NCBI GenBank assembly: GCA_002269645.1
Contig: NIVC01000038.1
Coordinates: forward strand, 1-64,000
Source of the DNA: Macrostomum lignano
Lineage: Eukaryota
DNA: 64,000 nucleotides
Direction: 5' to 3'
Shown: positions 44,083 to 56,996 of the stretch, piece by piece
Layout of the letters: each line of letters begins with the position of its first letter
Numbering within the stretch: position 1 is the stretch's first letter
Translations under genes and position numbers: made by a program
The notes under the pieces: model-generated
The model's database searches: none
What the model saw: only the letters and a program-made list of their open reading frames with translations
Told to the model about the DNA's origin: nothing

Positions 44083-47000
44083 TTAATGCAGCTGCCGAAC
44101 TTCATCTCGATCATCGTATCGTTCAGTGTCCATGCGGTCCATGTCACTCTCGTCCCATTCCTGCAGTTGTCTGCAATTAGTTTTTTAATCAACTCGTAGT
44201 TAATGCTTACACAAGCATGTTGAAACATGTTGAAACACAACCTAAAGTGACACTTGGAGGCCTAAAAGAAACGCTCCGACTCTCACCTTTCCTTGTCTTC
44301 TTGGGTGAGCTCTCTGCCAACCAGATCCGCGACAGCCGGCTGATTCATCTCGTCGGCGTTGGATTCTGAAGATTGATTGTTTACAAAGTAACAAATTGTG
44401 TGTGTTGAGATGCCTTGTCATAGTTTGAGCTCTCAATGCACCCGCAACACCCCTGATTCGAATCTGTGCGTGGCCACAATCATTTCAAGACTGTCGTGCG
44501 ATTCACAGCCACGAGGGCCAACCCCCATGGCAAAGAGACTGTACATGCAATTCGATCAGAAAATCAGTGCCACTGTACACCCTGTAAGAGCGTGTGCATG
44601 AGTGCTGTGTCTGCGTACAGTATTGGCGCGCTTGTATGTGCTGAGGAGTCAGCGGAATGGGCAGAATAAATCACCTTCCGGCTCCTCTCGAGTGGCCAAC
44701 TCAATCGCCAGTCGACTCAGATGCTCGACATCATCTTGAAGGTAGTCGGCGGTCACGTCCAACTCCATGGAGGCGACTCGATCGCCGTTGGACACTCGGG
44801 AAGCCGCCGCAGCCGAAGCTCGCAGACGCTGCCGCTCTGTCCGAGCGCTGACCGGCCGGCTGAGCGGCATCGCTGCAAGCACGCGCGCCTCCGTCTCGAT
44901 CTCGACATCCTCCAGCTGCATCCGGCCGCTGTCCGGTCTCTGTCCGCTGGAGGCTGACATTAGCAACCGGTCGGCTTCAGCTCGAGTCCTTAGCAACTGT
45001 TCCGCGTCGAGACCGGCGCTTCGCAGGCTTGCATCGGGACGCCAGGATTGACGGCCGCTCAGGGCGTAGAAACGGTTGCTAAGGGCGCTAGATGGTCTCG
45101 AGGAGGCCGCCGAGGAGGGCCGACTGTCGCCGGAGCTCCAGGGGGCGACGTTGCCCTGACGACGAGTTGCATTGGTCGAAGAGGTCGCGTTCGCCGATTT
45201 GTCCTCAACGCCCATCATCAAGAAGCTGCGCTCCTGCTGACTCGATGAGGATTCCATCGTTGACATCATCGACTGGCGCGCCAGAAGTGCAGACAAGCCA
45301 CCCGTGGCCGCTGCCGTCAGCTTGTGCTGCTGCTGCTTGCGCGGCGTCGCCGATGACCTCCCTGAACCTGCCGGAGTCTTCGGCCGTTGCCACTCGAGAC
45401 CGAACTGCTGCCGCCGTCGCTGCTGCTGCCGCTGACTGCGGGCCGTACCCGGACGAGAACCAGATTCAGAGGGGGTTGGTGGCGCCCGAGGAGTTTCCTC
45501 TTCGTCGTCAGGCGGTGGCGCAGCTTCGTCAGCGTTGTCCGATTGCGCCGGAAACATATCGTCGATTTTGGTTCGATTCGTCTGCGAAAAGGCGACGCAT
45601 CTTCTATATAAGTACTCGAAACGGTTGCACAGGAAGGAATTTTTGTTTGGAGGGGTCTCTTGTTGGTCGCCCCTGTCTCTTGTTGGGCGCCCCGGTTTTA
45701 CATGAGAATAAATTATATAATTCTTTAATAACTGCTCACGGGTTGATAATGATATTTCTTTTGGAGTCTTTGGTTTTAAATTCTTGATTTAAAAATGAAA
45801 AAATTCCCCCTGTATCTTGTTGGGCGCCCCTGTCTCTTGTTGGTCGCCCCTGTCTCTTGTTGGTCGCCCCTGTCTCTTTTTGTCACCCCTGTCTCTTGGT
45901 GGGAACCCACACTCCAGTCTTCTAGGCTGTTGGACAGCCTGTCCAAGATATGGCAAAAGTTGAGCTCACGTCATTCATTGAGCTGGTTATCACTAATTCA
46001 TTTAGTTTTTGGATGAGCGCAATTTTTGTGGGGGGGGGGGTGAAGCAAAAGTTGTCAATCTAAATTGTGTCAAAAGCTAGAATCGAGACTAAGCGCTTGC
46101 TTTCACTTTGTGACATTTTAAGCGTACCAAGTTAGTAAACTGAATAATAAAAATGGATCAAAACTTTGCACTCACCCTGGCAGGCAGTCGCTCCAAGTCG
46201 TTTCCCGAGCTCCGCGGCGTCTCCGCCAGCTCCTTCTGCTGGCGTTGCATGCTGCGGATTTCTTCAAACGTGTCGTTAGCGCCGCTAGCGCCGCCTTGGT
46301 AGCTGGGCATCTTGCCAACATCAGCGCGACGATGCTTCTGTAACAGCAGCTGCTCGGCGTAGCTCAACGACGAGGTGAACTTGATCTCCAGTCTAGACGA
46401 CAATCGGGCGCCGTTGTCGTCTTCCGTCGCAGTCCCGTGGCTGGACGTCTGCTGCCTCGGCTGCTGCCGCTGCTGCTGGCCCGCTGGCTTCTTCCTAGCA
46501 GCTGCCGGCTCTGCCGTTGGCTTCTGCGATTCGCCGCCTCCACCGGATCGCCACTCGGCCAGGGCGCGTCGGAATTCCTCGGCGTTCTGCCGCTCGTCGA
46601 CCTCGCCAGTGAGCAGGGCTCCGCCGCCATTAGATGCCATCGCCTCTGAAGTGGACGAACTCGACTCGCCTTCGTCTCCGTGGAGCAGCTGGCGAACCAT
46701 GTTGCGCCGGGTTTGACGGCTGGTGTCTTCGAAGACCCCATCACCGCCGCCCCCGCCTCCGCTGTTCGATGAAGCAGCTGCTGCTGGCGCTCCAGTGGAA
46801 AGATTCTGGCCGAGCGACTGACGCGGGGTGTTCACCTGAGGCCATGCAAACAGAATTTATGTAATTTCGTTTTATTAAATAAAAAATCCTAGGTATGCAT
46901 AAGCATTATCGACTGTAATGTGTGTTTGATTGCATCGTGGTGCCCCTTGTACCATAGCCACAAAAATACGTTGTTTGATTGCAGTATTTTAACTTGTTTT

Positions 47001-48230
47001 CCAAGGGAGCATTGACCCAACTTGACCCTGCCCAATTGACAGTTAATCAGCTACCGCGTTGGCCCCAGCAACTCACAGCCGATAGAGGCAAAGAGCGATG
47101 CTTTCTCAACGCTCCTTTCAGGTGGAAGGCGGCGAAACACCTGGCGCAGTACTCCTCAGCGCACTCCGGGCACAGCACCGCTGCTGTTCGGTCCTCGCAC
47201 TGGCCGCAACGAGGCGCTCCGCCGCCTGCTGCGCTAACACCTCCGCCACCTCCGCCGCCTCGAGTGCGGCCTCCAGTAGGCTTTCTAACGTTCGAGTCCT
47301 CGTTAGCGACAGCCGCACCTCTGCTGGCCAGGTGTGCCAGGGTGCCCGGGATCGCGGCAGCAGCTGCGGTCCTGTCCGGCAGGTTGATTGGCTCGTCTTT
47401 GATCAGCTTCACTTTCCGCACTGAAGATGCAGCGGCTTTTGTAGAGCCGGCGGGCTGTTGCAGGATTTGAGTAGGGAGGTGGGTTGACTGTGTTTTTCAT
47501 CCTTGCTTGCAGTAGTCATTGATATTCGTGTTTTTTCTCTAGACCATAGATCAACTTGTCTTTTAGCCACTTCTATCACTGTTTGTCACATTAGCTATCA
47601 CTGTCTGTCACATTGGCTATCAGTCTGTCACATTGGCTATCACTGTCTGTCACATTGGCTATCACTGTCTGTCACATTGGCTATCACTGTCTGTAACATT
47701 GGCCATCACTGCCTGTCACTTTGGCTATCACTGTCTGTCACATCGGTTCTCACCGGTGGACCACTGCTGGGCGGCGCCGGTTTTTTAGCGCCAGCGCTGA
47801 CTGACTTGTAGTTAGTTAGCGCGCCAGCCTGACCACGCGACCAGAAGCCAGGGTTGCCACTGACTCTGCAGTTTGGTGACAATGGTGGTGGTGGTTTTGG
47901 GGTTGAGCGCATTGAGTACAGATAGAATTTGCGTACAAGCGCACGATTTTAAATTAAATATTTTGATCAACTCACGCCCTCTGCTGTCGCTCATTCTCCA
48001 TTGCCAGTTTAAGCTCTTGGAGGCGAACTTCCATCTTTTTTGTTTCCTCTTCCATCTGCTTTGTGGACTGTTTAGTCTGATGCAGGAGTGCCCTAGATGA
48101 TTAAAAGATAAAGTTTTGTTAAAAAATACTGCAAAAATGAAAAAAGTGTATTATCAAAAACAAAAATATTGAATAAAAAATTTTTATGTGTTACTCACTG
48201 CTTTGTTGTCTTATTGTGAAAGTTAATCAT
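44083..48230 (-). CDS. ZBBX: Zinc finger B-box domain-containing protein (ZBBX-like), 8 coding exons, 790 aa
   Basis: Exons 48230-48199, 48092-47976, 47865-47754, 47454-47077, 46835-46176, 45581-44675, 44365-44287, 44170-44083. All introns GT-AG with compatible phases (2373 nt). Contains an N-terminal coiled coil plus FWSRGQAG, the B-box CGQCEDRTAAVLCPECAEEYCARCFAAFHLKGALRKH, and LEIKFTSSLSYAEQLLLQKHRR, recognised from memory as ZBBX motifs. Confidence 0.85.
45655..45900. repeat. 20-bp intronic minisatellite (ctgtctcttgttggtcgccc)
   Basis: About 2 units to the left and 5 to the right of an unrelated AT-rich insert. Confidence 0.9.
45694..45805 (+). other. cox1: Probable NUMT (mitochondrial cox1 fragment)
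   Basis: Reads LHENKLYNSLITAHGLIMIF, matching the cox1 helix II motif LYN..(I/V)TAH..IMIF. Base composition is AT-rich and unlike the flanking repeat. Confidence 0.7.
47575..47742. repeat. 22-bp intronic minisatellite (tcacattggctatcactgtctg), ~7.5 copies
   Basis: Seen directly in ZBBX intron 3. Confidence 0.93.
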
Positions 48231-48566
48231 AGTGACTGATGATGACTGAAATTAGAAGCGAAAATCGAACTGTCTATCACACTGGCTATCATTTTCTGTC
48301 AATTATAAATAATTTATCAGATTCATTTTTTAAAAATTGGATACAGCTTTTTGAAAATAAGATCAAAGCAAGTCTTTTGCATCCAAAAATTAAAATAAGA
48401 GGTACATACTTAATACCAATTTAGCAAATAATGTCAAACATATATAGAAAGAATACTAAAATAATGTTATATCAAGCCATATACATAGATTAAATCTTCA
48501 TTTGCTCTACAGATGATTAAAAAGCTACACTAATGTATAAATTTTATTTGTGATGTTAGCTAGTCG

Positions 48567-48730
48567 CAGGGGCGTCCCCCATGACCCCCCCCCAGCCGGC
48601 TGATCCAGGCCAAATTTTCAGACCCCCCCCCGTCGCAGAGGCCTAGCACCTCCTGCCCCCCGTTGCCGCTGTGAGCCTGTGACTGACTGTGACCCAACCC
48701 CCCCAGAAGGAAGTCCTGGCTACGCCACTG
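48567..48730. mobile_element. 164-bp hAT-type MITE
   Basis: Termini CAGGGGCGT / rc CAGTGGCGT; 8-bp TSD GCTAGTCG at 48559-48566 and 48731-48738. Confidence 0.85.
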
Positions 48731-49539
48731 GCTAGTCGAGTACATCTAAAGAATATATTCCAGTATTCAATCTTCCAAAAAAGTTTAGTAAAATTATCTA
48801 GTTCATCTATATACTTTCCTTTTTTGAACACTCATTCAACGCGATTAAAGCAACCACATTATTTTTAAAAAACTGAAATTAATTTTGAATAATTTCTTAA
48901 AAGCATATGCGAATGCAGCTTTTTATACTCGTAGGTAATTGTTTCGCAAATGAAAGCCATGTTTATACTAAAAAAATCTAAAATTATTCTACGCTAAGCT
49001 TTTCTTTAGTCTTCTTTAGGATGTATGAGTTAAAAAACCTACGTATTTTTTAACAAGGCGATTGTAAAAATCCTGTTGTTTTTATTATAAGATCTCCGTC
49101 ATGGTCAAATTAGAAAGTTTTAACTAGACTCTAGAGAGACAAATTAGACAAAGACAAACCGACATCTGATTGCGAAAAAAAAATTCTGCATATTTCAGTC
49201 AATCTCAAATCTGCAAGAATTCACTTAATGCTGTAAATACAGAGCGGATTTATTTATTTTGAACCTAAAGCTAAGCCAATCAATCCTTACTAGTACTACT
49301 ACTACATCGTAAATGTGTCTCCTTCTTCAAGTCAAATTAAAGGAATGACTCTGACAACTTTAAAGTATATCATTAGACAACAATCTATTGTAATAATAAG
49401 CTTTTATAAAAATAAACAGAGAGCTCGTGTAATGCACTTGTAGAAACATAATTCTTCTTGACATACAATTTTGTTTTAAACTAATCAACTTTAAACAGCT
49501 GATGAATGTTTTTAAATTATTTTTTTCAAAACAATGTCC

Positions 49540-49740
49540 GAATTTTCTCGCGGTCTAGCCTCGCTCCCGCGGCTCTTGATGACATCAAATCAGAAATCAC
49601 AAATGTCCTGGTCTGTTGGATTGTTCCTTCGTTTTTTTGACTGACTTGATCTTTTTCAATTTTGGTCACTCCATTTTTAACGATTTTCGCAGTGGAGTCG
49701 CCAATTGCAGGACCAGAATCAATTTTCGGATTTTTTCGTA
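49540..49740. promoter_or_regulatory. CpG-retaining patch; candidate shared promoter of ZBBX and MOSPD1
   Basis: CG-containing stretch between the divergent ATGs, directly before a CpG-poor domain; includes the palindrome TGATGACATCA. TSS position is inference. Confidence 0.3.
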
Positions 49741-52700
49741 TTTTGGATTCTATTTGTAGGATTTTTCTTTTTCTATAGGCCTAACCTAACAAACTTACTT
49801 TGACTGTTGTGTTGCAAATGTAATTTACAAGCAATGCATCTACCATCATTAGGCCTGATATACTAGAACTAGGCCCTATAGGCCTACTCTATCTATGGTC
49901 TATCTATAGGCCTAGCGATAGCACTAGGCCCTAACACAAAAGGCATCTGACTGGGGACTGGAAAACATGTAGGAAAGTTTAGACCTAGCATGATAATGAT
50001 TAAAGACCTTATGGTTATGGTATACCATAGGCCTATAAATGTATTCCTTTGCTTGGTCAATTTTAAAATATGTGATAGGCCTATATCAAATAGCTATTGG
50101 CATTGAATTGCATTGGCATCTGCCATTTAGAAGTTAGCAACTTTTCTAATTGGGAAAATAGTCAGGCTAGGGTAGCGTAGGCCTAATATTAAATATTTTA
50201 GTTTTAATTTTGGCAGTTGTTATTTGTCTAGACGAATAGCATTTTTACTATTTGTCTGGTTAAATTGCTAACTGTTTAAATTGCTATTTGTTTTGTGATG
50301 AATATTCTAGATTTTTAAGACATTTTCACATATACTGATTCATATTTTGTTGCATACTGGTGTATGTATAAGAAAACAGTGTACTCAATTTGGCATAATT
50401 TGGTATATAAAACATACACTAGGCCCCTAGTATAACAACATAATAATCAAGATACGAGTAAGAAGTTTTTGAATTCTAGGAATATTCATCCCTGTAGTTT
50501 CTATAAAATAGATATTTTAGCATTATCAATTTAACCAGTCAAATAATAAAAAGCCTATTTGTCTGGTATTACCCAGATGAACAAGTAAGCATGTTCATTA
50601 TCCAATAACCGGACAAAAAACAACTGCCTTTAATTTTTAGTATATAGGATAAGATAGGCCTACTATATCATATCTAGCTATTTAAAGTTAAATTTAATTT
50701 TTTGGTCAATAATTTCTTTTATATTTGATATTCTAGTCTAGGCCTATATAAGATTTTAATAGACCTAAGTAGATAGGAAATATATAATCCCAAGTTTTGC
50801 TAATCTTAGGATTCTTGGGATAAAAATATCTAGATTTAAAAAATTCTGGGATTCTTAGGATTAACTTAAGATAGGCCTATCTTGAACTTTGCCAATCCCA
50901 GGATCCTAACAAAGTAGGCTAAGATCCTAGGATTGCATGATTTACAAAAATTCTAATCATTGTTATTGCAATTTTAGCCTATAAAGCTATCTAATTTGAT
51001 TTTAAAAGGCTAGAGCTCTTAATAATAAAGTAGAATAGAGTAAAATATTTTGCAAACAAGAAACTGATAGTGAGCTTTAAATGTTAGTATGACACTAGTT
51101 AATTAAAGCTGGCTGCTAGCATCTAGAATAATTTTATTGCTCCCCCTTTTAGTGGGGCCCAGTGAGTTTTCTTATCAGTTGGCTCTGGCGCAATCATTAA
51201 AATTGGCGGTGAAAAAGATTCTAGTTGATAAAATTTGCATTGAAAAAGCCCATTTCAAACAGTTTTTCGAATATTTAATCCCTTTAGCATTGAAGCAGAT
51301 ACAAGAAATTTTAAACATACAATCCTAGGCTGATTACAAATCTTTTGGCAAAAACGCGATCAAAATTGGAGAAGAATTGCAATCTCTAGAGCATTATGGA
51401 CAAGCATAAAAACAAATATTAGAGATTTAGTATAAGACAAGCATACAAACCTTAGAGATTTAGTATATTTAGATTAGAAGATTAGAAGAAGATAGATAGA
51501 AGAATAGAATATAGGCTGATATCAAAGACTTAGACCTCATCTTCCTAGGGGTTTTTTTTAGATAGAGAACTGATAGGCCCTAGCTTGAGTTGTGGTCTAA
51601 TAGCAATAGCAAGGTCCCATTATTCTAATCCCAACCTTGGCCAAGGACTTTTGAAGGTAAAGGTCTGCTTAAAATAGTTCTATTACCACTCCTACACTGT
51701 ATGCAAAGGCAGCTAGGCATCTAAAGGGTGTCTCAATAGTGCTAAGAATAAGGTCTTTTGCATAGGAGGCTTCTAATCTATGCAAGGTCTAGTACCTTTG
51801 ATTTTAGCTAGGTTTGAGATAAAAGGAGAGTTCTAATAAACAATGATTTGACTCCTATCTAGTAAGTGCCAGCGCTGCAATTAGAAACAATGAGGAATTT
51901 GCTTCGATTGCTTTAGGCTTTATGCACAGGTTTTTAAATTAATTACATTAGACTGCGAGTAGGCCTACCAAATGGCATTTGCATACAGTTAGCATATATA
52001 TTATTATACTTGCAATTTCCTTACAATCTGCTTATAGCTTCAATTTTGTATCCCTTCAGCCTTAACCTTCTTACTAGCCTGCATGTTTCAAAAGCTATGA
52101 TTTTCACTCTACAAATAGCTTAGCTATAGATATTACTATTTAAGTATAAATGATTGAATTATTGCAAACCAAGATTAGGATCCCAATGGTCAATCCTGGG
52201 ATTTTTTAATCTCAGGCAAGTATGATCCTAGGATTTAGGCCTAATCCTGAGATTACTAGATCCTAGGATCTTAGGATTGTATTCCCTTTTAGTAGACCTA
52301 TAGACCTACTTAACTTGATTAAAAAATAATTGCTTAATTTTTTAGACATGATATATTGACCTTTTTACTTATAATTACAAAAACAAATAAAAATATATAT
52401 TATATAATATTAATATATATGGTCTTTAAAAGCTTTGTGTTTGACAATGACTTATAAAGTTGTTCTGTTGTCTTTGTCTATTATTATTTTGCTTAAAATG
52501 TATTTTAGGCTAGATAGTATTATTTTAATTTCACATTTATAATACCAATATCAAAACATTTATTCTATTCTATTGACTATTTTACTTATTATAAACACTA
52601 TATATGATTAATGTTAACTCTTTCTCACTTCATTTAAGTTAAACATGTATTAAAAACAACTTTGTTGTATCCTTTTTAAATATTTAATGACTTTTGTGAC

Positions 52701-53011
52701 CTTATATCCTCATTAATATAATATATAAATAGTGCTAAGGGCCTTGATAAAAACATTGTAAAGTTTAAAGATTTAATCATCAATCTATACTAAGCTAACC
52801 AATTCATTTCAAATATTTTGGTCATTTTTAGGGCAACTTATAGAGATGTCCCCAATAGTCAGTAAAATTTGTATTAGAAATTTTTCTATAACGTATTTTA
52901 ATGAATGTCTAGTAAAGAATGTGGCTTATTTTTAGAAGATGGCTTTTTGATGATTAATGTAAGCTGTTTTTATAATTTACTTTATAAATTTGTCTTCCAT
53001 TTCAGATCTGA

Positions 53012-54771
53012 ATGAAAGGCAGTGGAAGTAACAAGCCTAAAGATTTCCCAGTGTTTGTTTCAACACAAAAACTGGAGTTTATAGCAAAATTGGCTAATAC
53101 ACACAAGCAAATCCTTACTATATACAATATCTATAACACTTCAATTGCCTTTAGCATTTTATCAACTCATCCAAATCACTACATGGTGAGGGAAAGCAAA
53201 GGTGTGATACAGAAACAGTGTTGTGTTGATGTGTAAGTACCATTGTTATGTAGATTGTCTAAACTTTAGCCCAATTCTTAGAAACCACTGTGTCTAAAAT
53301 TCATCACATTTCTTAGAAACCACACTGTCTGAACATTAGCTTATTTCTTAGAAACCACTCTGTCTAAAATAGTTCATTTCTTAGAAAGCACTTTGTATTA
53401 AATAACTGATTTCTTAGAAACCACTCTGTCTAAAGTAACTTATTTCTTTGAAACCACTCTCTCTAAGATAGTTCGTTTCTTAGAAACCCCTCTCTAAGAA
53501 TGTTCATTTCTTAGAAACCACTGTGTCTAAAATTCATCACATTTCTTAGAAACCACTCTGTCTGAACATTAGCTTATTTCTTAGAAAGCACTCTGTCTAA
53601 AATAGTTCATTTCTTAGAAAGCACTCTGTCTAAGATAGTTCATTTCTTAGAAACCACTCTAAGATAGTTCATTTCTTAGAAACCCCTCTCTCTGGGATAG
53701 TTCATTTCTTAGAAACCACTGTCTAAAATAGTTCATTTCTTAGAAAGCACTCTCTCTAAAATAGTTCATTTCTTAGAAAGCACTCTCTCTAAAATAGTTC
53801 ATTTCTTAGAAAGCACTCTCTCTAAAATAGTTCATTTCTTAGAAAGCACTCTCTCTAAAATAGTTCATTTCTTAGAAAGCACTCTCTCTAAAATAGTTCA
53901 TTTCTTAGAAACCACTCTGTCCAAAATAGTTCATTTCTTAGAAACCACTTTGTCTAAAGTAGTTCATTTCTTAGAAAGCACTCTCTCTAAAATAGTTCAT
54001 TTCTTAGAAAGCACTCTCTCTAAGATAGTTCACTTCTTAGAAACCCCTCTCTCTAGGATAGTTCATTTCTTAGAAACCACTCTGTCTAAAATAGTTCATT
54101 TCTTAGAAACCATTCTGTCTAAAAGTAGCCCTTTCTTAGAAACTACTCCGTCTAAAATAGCTATTTTCTTAGAAATCAAGCCAGGCAACCCTAACCACCC
54201 CGCTCATAGGCTGATTCGAGCTCAGGACTTTCGCAGTCTAACCGAAGACTCGCCGGTAGCGAAACACCGGCTTCGCATTCAACTGCACAGCCAGTCTGGC
54301 AGCTCAGTAATTGGCTATCGAGATGTCGACTGCGTGCTTCGACTCGACGAGCCGTTGAGCTCGGCTGCTCAAAGCGGCGCTGGTCAATTTGTCGAACCTG
54401 TCGGCGTGCCGTCGCCGCTGAGTTCGACAACCGGCGGGTCGTCTTTGCCAACGCAGCGACGGTTCGACAATAATCCGACTTTGTCCACGGCGACGACCTT
54501 GATGCCGGGAGCGACACAAGCGCCGCTACCGTTGGGGTTTACCCTGAGCCTAGCCGTTGTGTGTGTGAGCCTTCTGGCCATGCCGCTGTATCAAGGCATC
54601 AGTTCAGAAGAATCTGTCGCAAAGCTGCAAGAACACCAGCAGCAGCAGCAGTCGCAGTCGTACTGGCTGTGGACTGTGAACAGCCTGTCAAACTTGTCCG
54701 TGTCGCACCATGTCAAACTAGTAGCAGCCTATGTCTTGGGCCTGCTCACTGTGGCCCTGTTCAGATACTGA
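53012..54771 (+). CDS. MOSPD1: Motile sperm domain-containing protein (MOSPD1-like), exons 53012-53232 and 54210-54771, 260 aa
   Basis: MSP domain PVFV...THKQILTIYN...QCCVDV|LIR; phase-2 intron GT|GTAAGT...catag|G. Two C-terminal hydrophobic helices (LAVVCVSLLAMP; KLVAAYVLGLLTVALFR). Splice acceptor ttcag| 6 nt before the ATG. Confidence 0.87.
53270..54175. repeat. 33-bp intronic minisatellite (gttcatttcttagaaagcactctctctaaaata), ~27 copies
   Basis: Fills almost the whole MOSPD1 coding intron. Confidence 0.95.
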
Positions 54772-54889
54772 AATCTCTTTTTTTCTGTTAATTGATTTAA
54801 TTGCCAGTAGCCTTGTATATTTATTTGTGTTTCTGTGTGTGTAGTACAGGGCTCGGCAAAGGCTTTTTTACCATACGGACGGCCAGATA

Positions 54890-55125
54890 ATAGATGAGAA
54901 AATGGGGAAGATAGAAGTGGAGATGATAAGAGAAAGAGGAGATAAGCGGAGAGATTAGAGGATAGAGAAGAAGAGAGGAGATAAGCATAGAGATGATAAA
55001 AGGGCAGAAGAGAGAGAGGAGATGATTAGAGATGAGATAAGAGTCGATAGATGATAAAAATAGAGAGATAAGATAAAATGGAAGAGATTAGATAAGAGAG
55101 GAGATGTGAGTACAGACAAACGAGC
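54890..55125. repeat. AG-rich low-complexity tract
   Basis: Seen directly. Confidence 0.85.
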
Positions 55126-55606
55126 TGAGAACAGACACAAACCTTAAACGAGCCGGTTTGCTATTGTGAAGTTTCAAAGGACCCGAGAGCCGGGTAGAGT
55201 AGAAAGGATTCTCTTTCTAAAAAGTCTTAATAAAAGCAATCGTTTTAATTTATGATTTATTAAACAAAGTATTGATATTGCGTAAATTTGGCCAGATTTA
55301 ACATTTTTAACGCGGTTTGTTTAATTGGTTTCCAATTACTCTCGACTGACTACTTTAAGCAGAGTAGTAGTAGTACTTTGTGCGCTTTCATCAATCGTGT
55401 GCTTTTTCTCATCACAGAATTTCGTACGAGTTATGCTTTTTTTGCACCACACTGTACTACTAGTCAGGGGTATTGTTTGCTTTTTGGCTTTTTTTGCGTT
55501 GCTATTAAATTTTGACAGCCTTTGAGTTTGTTTGCTTATCTGTCCTAAACAATCCGGAAAAAAATCCCGTAAAATCTGTTCTCAAATATACCACGAGAGT
55601 CTAGGG

Positions 55607-56232
55607 ATCATTCTCAGAGATCTCATGAGAGTATAGGGCACCCCGTTCTCAGAGATCTCATGAGAGTATAGGGCACCCCGTTCTCAAAGATTTCATGTCC
55701 AGGACACCCCGTTCTCAGAGATCTCATGAGAGTCCAGACACCCCGTTCTCAGAGATCTCATGAGAGTCCAGACACCCCGTTCTCAGAGATCTCATGAGAG
55801 TCCAGACACCCCGTTCTCAGAGATCTCATGAGAGTCCAGACACCCCGTTCCCAGAGATCTCATGAGAGTCCAGACACCCCGTTCTCAAAGATCTCATGAT
55901 AGTCCAGGGCACCCCGTTCTCAAAGATCTCATGATAGTCCAGGGCACCCCGTTCTCAGAGATCTCATGATAGTCCAGCACACCCAGTTCTCAGAGATCTC
56001 ATGATAGTCCAGGGCACCCCGTTCTCAGAGATCTCATGATAGTCCAGCACACCCAGTTCTCAGAGATCTCATGATAGTCCAGGGCACCCCGTTCTCAGAG
56101 ATCTCATGATAGTCCAGCACACCCAGTTCTCAGAGATCTCATGATAGTCCAGGGCACCCCGTTCTCAGAGATCTCATGAGAGTCCAAGGACGTCCCCGTT
56201 CTCAGAGATCTGATGAGAGTCCAGGACACCCC
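55607..56232. repeat. ~34-bp minisatellite (ccccgttctcagagatctcatgagagtccagaca), ~18 copies
   Basis: Period 34-35; alternating variants in the right half. Confidence 0.96.
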
Positions 56233-56996
56233 AATGGCAAAAATCCTTAAGATGCGTTATTTAGTTAATAGTTCCAGACTAAACAAACACTACTCATATG
56301 AGTACTTTAACCGCTTCCACAAGCAACAGGTGTTGGGTTCATTTATTATTATAATGAAGACTTAAAACTTATTCTATACCCTATTGTTTACCTACCTGTT
56401 AACGATTACCAACTTGTTTTTTTAATGAAAAATAGTTGTTTCACTGTATTATAGTACTACTTGTGAAATAAGTAGTCTGTGTAAGTTGCAGTGATACAAA
56501 AAAATTGACCCAATCTCAGGTATTGTGCCTGTTGCTGTAATATAAACTATATAAGTATATATTATTTGAGATACTAAATTGTCTGTGATTTTCTATACCT
56601 ACTGCAAGTAGTGTTTATAGTGTTATCTTTAGCCTAGGCTTTAATCTTATCGATGCCTTACTCCGAGCACATGCTTGTGTAGTGTATGTACAGAACTGGC
56701 AATTATTCATAAATAATACATTATGTATTATAGCAAATTTGCTTTTAACTGCTAAATAATGCACACCATTTTCACTGTTGATTAGCAGCAATTAAAATAT
56801 ATTAAATTGATCAATTGAGTTCAGTTTTATTAACGTGTACATAATGTTTCCAAACTTAAAGCTTAAATTGAGTCATAAAATAGCTCTTATTTGCGGTTTT
56901 TTATTTCATACATAAAGTTCAGCTGACGCAGCCGCTGTATGAACTTCTATTGTGTTCGATCGCTTGGGAATCGGGAAGCTGTTTGACTAAACATGG

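Noticed and set aside
44031-44161. Alternative last ZBBX exon using acceptor ctgcag at 44161 (RNGTRVTW...)
   Set aside because: The acceptor at 44171 gives an acidic tail (QEWDESDMDRMDTERYDDRDEVRQLH*) that fits the preceding exon better; not excluded without RNA data.
53950-54209. N-terminal SKIVHFLESTL repeats of the 273-aa ORF as part of MOSPD1
   Set aside because: They are the 33-bp intronic minisatellite read in frame; splicing 53232 to 54210 restores a continuous MSP domain.
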